Shown: positions 41,201-53,847 of the stretch, piece by piece | How the letters are laid out: each line of letters begins with the position of its first letter | How positions within the stretch are numbered: the stretch's first letter is position 1 | Assembly (NCBI GenBank): GCA_024704765.1 | Contig: JAKMXF010000027.1 | Coordinates: forward strand, 1-64,000 | Source of the DNA: Oopsacas minuta | Taxonomy: Eukaryota; Animalia; Porifera | Length of the DNA: 64,000 nucleotides | Direction: 5' to 3' | Notes under the pieces: model-generated | The model's input: the letters and a program-made list of their open reading frames with translations, nothing else | Told to the model about the DNA's origin: nothing | Database searches by the model: none | Program-made: the position numbers and the translations under genes

Positions 41201-44200
41201 CATCCCAACCAATTTCTGAAGATTTCCTTTCGACTATTCAGTATCACACACTAACAGGCTTCAAGAACTACCTTACTGAACACTCCTCAGTTTTTATGTT
41301 AATGTTATTGGATAGTGATCTCAATCGCTTGAAACAGCTCTATGAACTAACAACGACTAGATTCAACTCGTTTATTTCAATTTCCAACTCTACTGCTTTT
41401 GATATGTTCGGGAATCGTGTTAATGAAATATCCACTTTAGCTCCTCTCTCTCCTGTTAGCTTCTTCCCCGACACCATTCGCCCTTATCTTACCTCATTCG
41501 ATCTTGATCTAGATGGTGATGGTAATCTTGTACTCTCATTTTCAGAAACTATGAAAATTTCATCACTCAACATTTCTCAACTAAAAATACAGCCTCTCCC
41601 ACAATCATTTTACTTTTTCAACTTTTTCTATTCACTTGAATCTCAAACCAACAGTTCGCTTGTAACAATTTACTTTGACATTAAGGATCTCAATTCTTTG
41701 AAGCTTAGTTCTAATATTGCAATAAACGCTGAGACAACTTATCTCACGTTTGGCTCTGCATTTATCACAGATATGAACGGCAATCCTATTCTAGCATTAT
41801 CTAATGGAAATGGAAGGAAAGTCTCTCAATATATTTCAGATTCTACTCTACCACATCTTGTAAACTTTTCTCTTGATCTATCCCTTGCTGTGATTGAGTT
41901 AACATTTTCTGAAGTGGTCCATTCTTTAACTCTAAATCTGAACAGCATTTCTCTACAGAATACTTCAAATTCTGTTGAAAACAGCAGAATGTATTCTCTC
42001 ACTGGTGGAAACATTTCTTCTATCAACAGCACTACAGTACTTATTACGCTCAATTTTGTTGATTTGAACAATTTGAAACTCTTGACTGACTTAGCAATTT
42101 CCCGTAACACAACATTCATATTCCTAAAGAGAGGGACAATTAAAGATACCAATTATAATGATTTAATAGAGATTTACAGTACTGATGCATTGATAGCATC
42201 TAGCTTTATTGGAGATAATATCAGTCCTACCTTAGATAGATTTGAAGTCGATCTGGATGAAGGATTATTACGTATAGACTTTAGTGAAGCTATCAATATT
42301 GATTCACTGCAACCCGTACAACTTACTCTTCTTGATTGTTGCTATTATACCAGATTATCTAACTACTCTAGCACCTCTCTCTACAATCACTCTCTAACCG
42401 GAGGTGATTGTGTTCATTTTGATCAAACATATTTTACCTGTACTCTCACTAATGTGGATTTGAATGAGATTAAACTACAGAATATTTGTACTAATATAAA
42501 CAAAGCCAGAGATTGCTGTTTGACGATTTCTGGAAATACGATATTTGATTTATCGAATAATCCAGTTATGCCTATCTTCGAAGGATGCGGGTTTCCAGCT
42601 AATACATTTATTGCTGATACTACTCCGCCTTCTGTTCTTGAATTTACTGAATTTAACCTGAATGATGGAACTGTTAAACTGAGCCTCGATGAGACTATTG
42701 ATGTCAATTCTGTGGACTTAACCAAACTTACTCTTCAGTCCTTCTTCCGTACTCCTAAATCTACGTTCACACTTACAGGGGGATACTTAACTTCTCCTAG
42801 TTCCAACATGATTACATTCAGATTAACTGCTTCTGATATTGACAAAATCAAACTTCTACCAGATCTCTGTTCTCACCCAAATAATTGTTGGTTATCAATT
42901 TCTGATTTATTCCTATTTGATAAAGCCAATAATTCGGCTAATCCTATTTCTTCTTACAGTGCCAGTGCTATTGCTACAGCTGTATATATAGATGATACGA
43001 CTTCCCCCAATTTGTTATCATATTCATTCAATTTACAGAACAATACTCTCTTGTTAACTTTTGATGAGCCTGTCAATGCTATGTCTCTTGAGCCTACTTC
43101 TCTTACTTTTCTAAACAAGCACTCCAGTTCAATTTCTTCACTCTCTTATGTGTTGACAGGAGGATCCAGTTCAGAGCTGGATGGGAAGGTAGTCTCACTA
43201 TTTCTTACCACAAGTGACGTCAATGCTCTCAAATCTTTTGATGACTTAGCATCAAATCTGATGAATACCTACTTGTTTATAAATGATAGTTTTATTTCTG
43301 ACCTCGCATCAGGATCCCCTAATAGCGTTACCCCAATTTCAGAATTATCAGCACTTAGAGCTTCTAACTACACTAAAGACATTACCCCGCCTACTGTTAG
43401 TTCATTCTATTTGGATTTAAATTCTGATACTATTTTGATAAATTTCTATGAGCCTATTAGAATTTCAACACTCGAAATAGGCAAATTCACCTTAGTCTCA
43501 GACAGAGTCGGGCCAAATGACTTGCTCATCCTCACTGGGGGGATAATTGACCCTTTAAGTAATTTTAATGGGACTACTAGCATCTTAATCCACCTGCTCA
43601 AACCTGACATACGTTACCTAAAGCTTTCCACTATTATTGCTCAAACAGAAGAGAGTACCTTTTTGATTGTAGAAGAGAATGGTATCAAAGATATGGCCAA
43701 TAATAGTGTTCAAACACTTACAATTTCTGATGCTGTAATGGCTACCCAATTAGTTACTGACTATACTAGAGCTTCTCTTCTCAGCTTCTCCTTAGACATG
43801 AATCTTGGATTCCTAAACCTCACTTTTGATGATATCATACGCACTTCTACTCTCTATTCCAGTGCCTTTACTCTTCAAGACTCGACAGTAGTAAATATAG
43901 ACTACATGCACACCCTCACCAGTTCAACTATAACAAATAGCGTGGATGGATACATTGTAACTCTGGAATTGTCACGAATGGACCAGAATGAAATCAAGCT
44001 TAACATAGGTTTAGGGACTAATATTGGCAATTCCTATCTGAGCATGAGAGCAGATGCATTTGATGATTCTTTCGCTGTAGATGTATTAGCAGTGACGCAT
44101 GAAAATGGCATCCAAGCTACCCTATATATTGAGGACAATTCTCCTCCTTATCTGCTGGACTTTACACTTGATATGGATTTAGGTATCATTATCCTCACTT

Positions 44201-47200
44201 TTGATGAGATATTGAGAGGAACTAGTTTTTATCCAGAGAATATAATTTTTCACAATACACGTGCACAATACAATGGCACCATATCGTATTCTTTGAAGGG
44301 AAGCTCTTCCAGTCTGTTAAACTCTACAGAGATTACTGTCTACCTCAGCCACACAGACCTTAATGCTATTAAATCGCTACCATCTCTTGCCACCTCTAAA
44401 TTGAATACCTTTATTTCCTACAACAGTCAACTAGTTGTCGATATGGTTGGAATCTCTGTAATTCCAATTTCAAACAATTCTAGTGCAATTGCAACAGTAT
44501 TCATCCCTGACACCTCAAAGCCTAAACTAATATCATTCTCTCTGAATCTCACATCTGAGCTTCTGATACTAACATTTGACGAGACTGTCAATGCCAGTAC
44601 ATTCAGTATAGCAGAGTTAGCACTACAAAATGAATTTTTTCTCTCTTTCTTTCCTCTTATTGCTGGTCTATCCTCGATAAACGACAGCACGGTCATCTCT
44701 GTGAAACTCTCTCTATCCGATCTAAATGGTATAAAAAGATTGATTCTTCTTGCTACAGAAATCAACAACACATTTATCTCTGCTCGACAGAACACGATTA
44801 GAGATATGAACGGAAATGCTTTGGAAGAGATATCATTGAGAAATCCTCTGAAAGCATCTGAATTCTATGGAGATTTTATTAATCCGGTATTAGAAATGTT
44901 CGATTTGGATATGAATTCAAATTCTTTGACTTTATACTTTTCTGAAACAATGAATGCTGAATCTGTAGTTCCACAATATTTCACACTCCATAATACGATG
45001 AGTTCATTATCCTCAACACACACTTCTCATACTTTGAGGGATGGGGATGTTATACTTAACAACAGTCCTGTTATCTACATAAATTTTCCTTCTACTGATT
45101 TTAATGAAATACAACGGATCTCTAACTTAGCTACTTCAAACGCCACTACATATTTATCTGTCCTACAAGGAGCTGTAGTGGATATGAACGATAACCAATT
45201 GGTCCCAATTAGTTCAAATGCTTCCCTCCCTATCAGTGTATATTCCCAAGATAGAACAAATCCAACTCTTGTATCTTTTGTTCTTGATATGAACACTGGA
45301 GCTCTATATCTAACCTTTTCAGAAACAATTCGTGTTTCTACACTGAACATTTCCTTACTAACGATCCAGGGTTCTGAATATTTGGAACCTGACTCTCAAT
45401 TTTCTTTAACTTCTAATTCCTCAACAACTTCTATGGACAATATTTCACTCATTTTGTGGTTAGGTCATTCTGATATCAATGAGATAAAAAGAATCCCGTC
45501 TCTTGCTTCAAATCGCTCCAATACATTCCTTTCATTCACTTCGGACCTGATAAGGGATATGAATAACAATAAAATCATAGCCTATCCTTCAACCTCATCT
45601 ATACAAGTTAGCAACTACGTTCCTGACCAAACAAGCCCCATATTAAATAGGTTTTTCATCAACCTGAATTCAAGTGAAATTACATTATCCTTTTCTGAGA
45701 TAGTCCGTGGCTCCACTTTGCAAGTTTCCGGACTAACTTTAGCTCCTTCCAGAATGAGCGATTATGACAGTACATACATGCTAACCAACAGTTCTTATCC
45801 AATTAATGAGAATGATTACTCTATAGTGATTATTATTGGACTTTATGACTCTAACGAGATTAAGAAATTACTACAGCTGGCTACCAATATCACTAACTCG
45901 TACATATCAATCGAAACTTACACAATTACAGATATGAACGGCAACTTTGTGGAAGCTATTTTAACCTCAAACTCTCTCCAAGCTACATTGTATATACCAG
46001 ATATGATTCGGCCTTATTTGTCTGAGTTCTCACTTGATATGAATTCAGCTCTACTTTTACTAACCTTTTCTGAAACCATTTCAGTTACAAGTATAAATCT
46101 TACTTCAGTCATATTGCAAGCTTCCTCCCAATTAAATGAGAATGATTATGTAAATCTTCAGGTCCTAAATTCAAACATCAGCACCCTGGATGATTCTTAT
46201 ATCCGTATTATCCTGGGTATTAACAATGCGAATGCACTTAAAATGATCCCTCTCCTTGCTACTGATTCAACCAACACTTATATAAGCTTCACTTCCTATT
46301 TCCTTACTGATGTGAATTCCAATCAGATTATTCGAATCTCTCATTTAGATGCTTTACAAGTTACTGACTTTGATCCTGACGTAGAGGGTCCCTTGCTACT
46401 GTCTTTTGCTCTCGATCTGACGTTAGATGCGTTAACCCTTTACTTTGATGAGGTTGTTAATGTTCAGAGTTTGTCTCTTTCCCTATTAACATTATCTTCT
46501 GATATATTGGGCTCAAACTCTTTCACCTTTAGTTCAATATTTAGGAATATTTCAACCGAAAATTCTACTTCTCTATCTCTGACTCTCAATTCTGATGATG
46601 TTAACGCAATTAAATTAGATCTATTGTTAGCTACTTCTATCAATAATACGTATTTAGTTATGTCTAATGATTCGATATTTGATATGGCTCTAATACCTAA
46701 TCCTTTGATTCGATTCTTCCCAATTCGTGCAAGATACTTCACTGGTGATAGAATATCTCCTAATTTATTATCTTTTATTATTGACATGAATTCAGGGGTT
46801 CTGACGCTTAATTTTGACGAGCCTGTGTTTGCATTAAGTTTCAATTCAACAAACAGTATTTATCTAACTTCTTCACAAAATTCTTCTCTTCCAGAAAGCT
46901 ATCTTATCAGAGAAGCTGTAGTCAACAGTATAGATGATCTCATGTTAATCATTGTCCTATCAAACAACGATCTCAATGAAATTAAATTGAGAGACGGTTT
47001 CTTCGTAAGCAGGAGTACTTCTTACCTTTATGTTACGTACAATCTTGTTAGAGATATGAATGGAAACCCGGTAAATTCTCTTAATTCCTCTATCCAAGCA
47101 ATCTTCTTCATAAACGACACAACTATGCCAGTAATAGTCAGTTTTGGTCTGGATATGGATGAAGGAATTCTGAGCCTCACTTTCCCCGAGACAGTTGACG

Positions 47201-50200
47201 TTTCAAGCGTGATGTTTGAGAGCATTACATTTCAGAAGGCAGCTAACGTTACTTTGTCAATCAACAGATACTCACTAACTGATGGTAACCTTTATATGTT
47301 TGAAGACAGTACTGTTGCCTATTTGAGGCTTGTTAATTCTGACTTGAATGCTTTGAAACAAAGAAGAATTGCTAGAACTTCTAACTTGACATATTTAGCA
47401 ATCGAAAGCAGTGCTATTGTGGATAAAAGCAACCAACGTGTCCAGGCACTGAAGAATGGTGTAAACACACTTAAGGTTACTACATATTTACCAGACACTA
47501 CTGAGCCCATACTGAACAACTTTGTATTAGATCTTACGCTCGAGACAATTACTCTAAACCTCTCTGAAACAATATCAGTTCTGTCTTTGGATGTGACCGA
47601 GCTAACTCTACTCTCAGACTTTAATGCCAGTAATGAAACGGAATTTTACACTCTCTCTTCCAATACTACCTCTAACTCTACAGATTATCATATACTTACA
47701 TTGAATTTAGGAATAACAGATTTGAATTTCATCAAACGATTAACTCTACTTTCAAACAGTATCTCCAGCACTTTTATATCATTAAATTCAGGATTTATTA
47801 ACGATACATTTGAGAATCCAATTGTCCCGATATTGAGAAGTTCCTCACTCTTAGCTTCTGGATTCGTTCCAGACAGAATCAATCCACAATTGCAGAGATT
47901 TAAGATCGACCTGAATATGAGGATAATTACTCTCTACTTTACAGAGACTATTAACGTATCATCTGTAAACATTTCTCAGTTGATTGTCCATTGCTCTTCT
48001 ACTTATACAGTTTGTTCTTACCCACTGAGAAGCACTAGTACTTATAACTCCAATCAACCCATCATAACACTCCAACTATCGGATGAGGATTTTAATGAAA
48101 TATCTAAGCGGGAGGCTCTCGCAATTGATATATCTAGTAGTTTTATATCTATTACAGCTGATTTTATTTTTGACATGTCTTTTAACCAAATAGTACCAAT
48201 ATCTGCTCCCAATCTCCAAGCAAGCAGTTATACCCCAGATATATCAAGACCCAGTCTCTTATCGTTTTCCTTTGATCTTAATTTGGGTAGTATCCTCCTT
48301 CTTTTTAGTGAGATTGTAAACATCAGTTCATTCAATCCTACTTCCCTTTGTCTACAGATTAATGCAACCTCTAAACTAGATAATTATACCCTGACTGGAG
48401 TTCATTCTTACTTTGCGTACGATCAAGCAACTGAGTCAATTGATCCAACCTTAAACCAACCTCTTGTCCTTGTCTCTCTGCTCCAATCAGATCTTAACAA
48501 TATAAAGAGAAACACCAATCTAGCTACATCTGTCTACAATACTTATATCAGCATTAACTCAGGTTTAATTGCGGACATGGGGAGGAATCAGGTTAATAAT
48601 GTTACCTACCTATCTGCCCTACCTGTATCTATGTTCATCCTAGACAATATGGAACCAAGTTTGACTTCATTTGATTTTGACCTAAATGAAGGCGTATTAA
48701 GTCTCCTCTTCAGTGAGACTGTAAATTCTTCTTCTCTTTTGCCTGGCACTATTACCTTCCAAAGTACAGAAGACAGCAATAACACATACGACTTAACATA
48801 TACTCTAACTGGTGGAGAATTATTAAGGATGTACGATGATATTCTTATTCAACTCAATCTCTCCGTTTTCGATAGTAACGAAATAAAAAAGTTAGATTCA
48901 TTGGCAACTTCTAATTCTAACACTTATATTACCATTAGAAATATTACAATTTTAGATATGAATGACAATACTCTGATCCCTGTCACCAGATTTGATGCTC
49001 TTCAAGTAAACAATTATATTAATGATACTACCCCGCCATATTTAGTCTCATTCTCCATTAATTTATCTTCTGAAATATTAACTTTGTCCTTTAACGAACC
49101 GGTTGACTTAGTCAACTTCGTAGCTTCCCAGATCACACTCTCAAATAATATAACTGAATTCTACACTTTGACTGGAGGATCTTTGTTTAATCAGAGTAAT
49201 GACGTCGGCTTGGAGCTCACCTTAACTACAACCGATCTGAACAATATTAAACAGATACCTGAGTTAGTTGTTTCCAAAGATTCTTCTTTCATATCTATTA
49301 CTTCTGATTTGATCTCTGATACGAATGCTAACCAGGTTGTGCAAATACCATCCCCGATCCCGGTTAGAGAATTCTACCCCGACCTTATACGTCCAGCTCT
49401 GAATGTATTCGATTTGGATATGAATATCGGTTTGCTAACATTGTTTTTCAGTGAGACAGTGAACGCCACCTCTCTGCAGGCAACGTATCTGAGCATCTCC
49501 TCCTCCATAGATCCTTCAGCTCTGTCGCATACATTAAGCAACTACTCGTATACGAATTCAGCCAATTCAGATATTATTACGATTTTCATAAGCTTGCATG
49601 ATTTAAATCTGATTAAACAAATTGAAGATCTTGCTACTGACAGGTCAAATTCTTTCCTCGTGATAACTCAGGAGTTTATTAATGACATGAATTATAATCC
49701 TGTTATCCCGATTGCTAACACAACAGCCTTACAAGTCAGAAACTTCACTGTTGATTCCTCCTCTCCACTTCTTAACGGCTTTTCCCTTGACATGGACCTT
49801 GGAATTCTAACGCTTTCATTTAGTGAAACCATCAATGTAACTTCAATTCGCATTACTTATTTCCTTTTACAATCTCTTCCATACTCTAATACGTATTCGG
49901 TTAGGCTGACTTCTTCCTTGCCTTCTCCACTGAATCTTCCTATTGTTATAATAACTATATCGGATTATGATCTTAATCACATTAAGCGGATAGATTCCCT
50001 TGCATTTAGTTACAATTCTACATATCTCAGCATTAATGCCTCTGCAGTTTTAGATCTAAATGGAAATCCTTCATTAGAAATTCAATCCCAACAAGCGATT
50101 AAAGTTGCTGAATTTATTCCTGACACAACAAACTCTAGCGTTGAGGGCTTCACGTTTGATTTAGATTCCGCATTACTTGTGCTTTCTATGTCAGAAACTC

Positions 50201-53200
50201 CTAACTTATCTACATTTAACTCTATGGTAATTACTTTACAATCTAACAGTACAAATAGTTCTGTTTCTCACACCTTATCATATAATATTTCTTATTTGGA
50301 ATATTTAACCTTCAAAACCTTCTCTTTTACGCTGCATACGTCAGACCTCAATGAAATTAAGTTACGGTCTTCATTAGCGACTAACGAAAGTAGCCTTTTC
50401 ATGTCATTTCCCTCATCTCTCATTAGAGACACTTTTGGAAACTCAGTGGTCCCTTCTCTTAATTCAAACCCACTTCAAGTTACCACGTTAATCCAGGATA
50501 CTACTTGCCCAACTATTTTACAATTCTCGTTTGATCTAGACAGTGGAGTAATCTTGCTAAATTTTGATGAGATCATCAACTCAACTTCTTTTAACACCCA
50601 CGGAATTACATTCCAATCCAGCGACGCATCTCCATCAACAGATTATCTACTTACATCCGCCTCTACCCCATCAAGTGACGACACGTTGATTCAAGTTGAT
50701 ATTTCTCAAGACGATTTAAATCAGATGAAAATATATTCAGATTTGGCTAGTCAACTGGACAATACATATCTTAATTTATCAATGAATTCTTTTGCAGATA
50801 TGTCCGGCAATTATCTCTGTCCCGATGTACTCTCAGCTGAGTATTTCACTCCAGATACAACAGCCCCAGAAATAGTTTCGTTTGATTTTGACATTAATTC
50901 ATCTCTCTTAATCCTAACCTTTTCAGAAACAATTCTTCCAATTAATTCTGTTGCTGGTATATTCACTCTCCACGACAGATTATCTCTAGGCTCTCAATAT
51001 CATATCATCAGTGATGGGATAGCTACTGGTGGTTCTACGAATTTTCTTAATCCCACAGTGATAATTATTGAACTATTTCAAGCAGATATTGATATCATAA
51101 AGAGTATTTCCTCTCTAGCAATCTCCAACACCACACTCTATCTCTCAGTGCAAAATAACTCGGTGTCGGATTCAGCTAATAATATTTTGCAACCAACTTC
51201 AATTGGCCAATATATACCAGTGGATAGATTTACTCCTGATATTACTCCACCAGTTCTGATTTCCTTCAAACTTGATATGAATTATGGCATATTATCTTTA
51301 TCTTTTTCGGAAGCAGTTGACAGTACTAAGCTACATATCCCATCCATTTTATTGCAATCTACGATTTCATCTTCTATAATTTCCTATGCTTTGACAGGAG
51401 GGAATTATACAGCTGTATCTTTGACTGAGATTGATATTTATCTTACAGTTGACGAGCTTAACTCAATCAAAATATTACCTCCTCTAGCATTAGGTAGAGC
51501 TACGACATATTTAAGTCTCTTGGATTATCTTATTTTGGATTACTCCTTACTAAACGTGGTACACATTCCTGTGGGGAATGCTCTCAATGCAGATTTATAT
51601 TACCCTGATATATCCTCTCCCAATCTACTTGTAGTTAGAGTAAACCTCACAAGTGAGGTTCTTACTCTCTATTTTGATGAAATAGTAGATCCTTCTACTC
51701 TCGATGCAACAAACATTCAGTTCAAAAGGACTTTTGTGGGTCAGAGTATTGTTACATTACAAGGTTACTCTGCTATTTCAGCGCCGCTTAGTACTACAGT
51801 TTCTATATCTCTTTTGAAACAAGATCTCGACGAGGTTAAACTTGAAACTCAATTGGCTGTTAGTGCCAATACTACTTGTATAACAATATTGGAGAATACA
51901 ATCAATGATGCAGCATTGATTTCGAATCCTAATCTAATGCAAACCAAATGCGTATTGTTTAGTGGATTTTTCAGTGATATTGCTAGGCCTGAGTTGTTGA
52001 CATTTGTAATTGACCTTGATTCAGGGGAATTGGTTTTGAATTTTAACGAACCTGTTAACGTCAACACACTTAATGCTACTAGCATTATATTTTTATCCTC
52101 TCAGTCTGATACCCCTGGGAGAGAACAATACACTCTTACTGGTGGCAGCACCAGTACTACAAATGGATTAATGGCCACTATAAATATTACACTTGATGAC
52201 TTGAACAATTTAAAAGCAATGAGGTCACTATTAATTTCTAATTTGACCACTTTCTTAGCTCATTCAAATCTCTTAGTGCAAGATATGAATAATAATCGGA
52301 TTTTACCAATCCCAATTGATTCAGGGCAGAGAGTGACCCTCTTTGTGGATGATTCAACTCGTCCTTCTCTCATCCTATGGGGCCTTGATCTCACGTCTAA
52401 TGTTATTACTCTCCAATTCGATGAAACTGTTGATCCTACAACCTTAGATGTATCTGGAATAAATCTTCAAACTACTTCTGGTATCCAAACTACATTTATT
52501 CATACAATTTCCCCTCTTACTATAGCCATATCAGATAGTGAGAACTCTGTCGTGTTACTAAACCTCAGTACCACTGATTCGAACACACTGAAGAGAGAAA
52601 AGATTGCCCTCACTAATACTAGTGCATATATTACGCTATCTAGTTCAGTTATTCAAGACGTTAATGGGTATTATAATATTGAGCGACCCCCCGGAGTTTC
52701 GGCCTTACTTGCATCATTCTTCATTTCTGATACAATTCCTCCTTCGTTACAATTCTTCAGTTTAAATTTAACTTCTGAAGAAATTATTTTAACGTTTTCT
52801 GAGACAGTAGATTACCAGTCTCTCGATCCGAGTCTTATCGGGATTTCAAATGGAGTTGCAAATTCGTCAATTGCCTATCATGAATTTTATCAATTACAAG
52901 ATAGTATTGTTCTGTCTACTTCAGACTCACACATACTTATAATTAAGTTTTCTACTCGTGATCTAAACGAATTAAAACTCAGGACTAACGTTGCCAATTC
53001 AGAAAGTAACACATATTTTATTGGCTCATCTTTTGTGAAAGATGTATTCAACAATGATGTTCTTCCTGTTTCACAGCTGCCAGTTAACGTGTTCACTGAA
53101 GATTTTGTCCTCCCAGTTCTTATTTCTTTTGATTTAGACATGGATACTGGCATTATTAGGTTCGTTTTGTCAGAGGCTGTGAACAGTTTGACTTTAGACA

Positions 53201-53847
53201 CATCTGGAATTACCCTATCTACTTTTTATAACTTGTCTGGTCACTCATACCAACTGTCTGGCTCCTATATTGACGTCTCCTCAAATGGACATGATATCTC
53301 CTTCACTCTTATTCGTGATGATGTTAATGTAATCAAATTCTTACAGAACCTAGCCGTTAGTAGAGATACTACTTATATTACTGTTGAGGGAAATACTCTA
53401 CTTGACATGAATGGCAACCCTCTCTCGGTAATCACATTGATTTGTGATGTTTTTGTGGAAGATTCAACATCACCTCTTCTATCCAACTTCACGATGGATC
53501 TCGATGCTGGCTTGTTAATTCTCACTTTTGATGAAACTGTTTTAGACAGTAGCTTAATTTTGAGTTACTGGGTTGTTCGTAATAACGACAGTGTTGTATT
53601 TCAGTCAGATTCTCAACACCAGTTAATTCTTGGTTATACTTCCTCTGTCAACTCTCCTATTATCTATATTTACATATCCAGAATTGACCTAAATGAAATT
53701 AAACGCAAAAACTTGTGTACCAAAGAGTTAATGAGAGAAGATTGCTATCTTGCTTACCGTATAGATGCAATAGAAGATATGAACAAAAATGAAATTGTTG
53801 GGTGTCAAGAATTGGCTTTCAGTACTTCGCTCCAGACAAGTGGCTAA
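20253..53847 (+). CDS. Giant tandem-repeat protein, 33,595-bp final visible exon (89 modules), probably a secreted or extracellular glycoprotein
   Basis: Polypyrimidine tract and AG at 20251-20252. The phase-2 join gives LGIGR-YPYRSFITLDD, in frame with ORF 20338-53847 (11,169 aa), with stop TAA at 53845-53847. Module consensus: D-x3-P-x-L-x2-F-x-LD[LM]-x2-G-x-L-x-L-x-F[SD]E[TP][VI]...ITLQ...LTGG...DLNxIK...LA-x4-NT[FY]IS...IxDMNxN-x-I. Rich in S/T/N/D/L/I, with many N-x-S/T sequons. Confidence 0.95.

Noticed and set aside
20811-53201. Many short minus-strand ORFs (60-126 aa) overlapping the giant exon, and similar ones at 485-676, 2997-3317 and 16242-16427
   Set aside because: They are antisense shadows of the codon-biased + strand ORF, have no recognisable motifs, and are expected by chance.
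20253-53847. Giant ORF as a bacterial adhesin or contaminant contig
   Set aside because: It is joined to spliceosomal introns and flanked by animal genes (TRAF, Maf-like bZIP) and eukaryotic transposons. An ancient prokaryotic origin of the module is not excluded.
20253-53847. Giant ORF as an assembly expansion artefact
   Set aside because: I saw no near-identical nucleotide repeats. Every module is distinct, even between alternate super-repeats.
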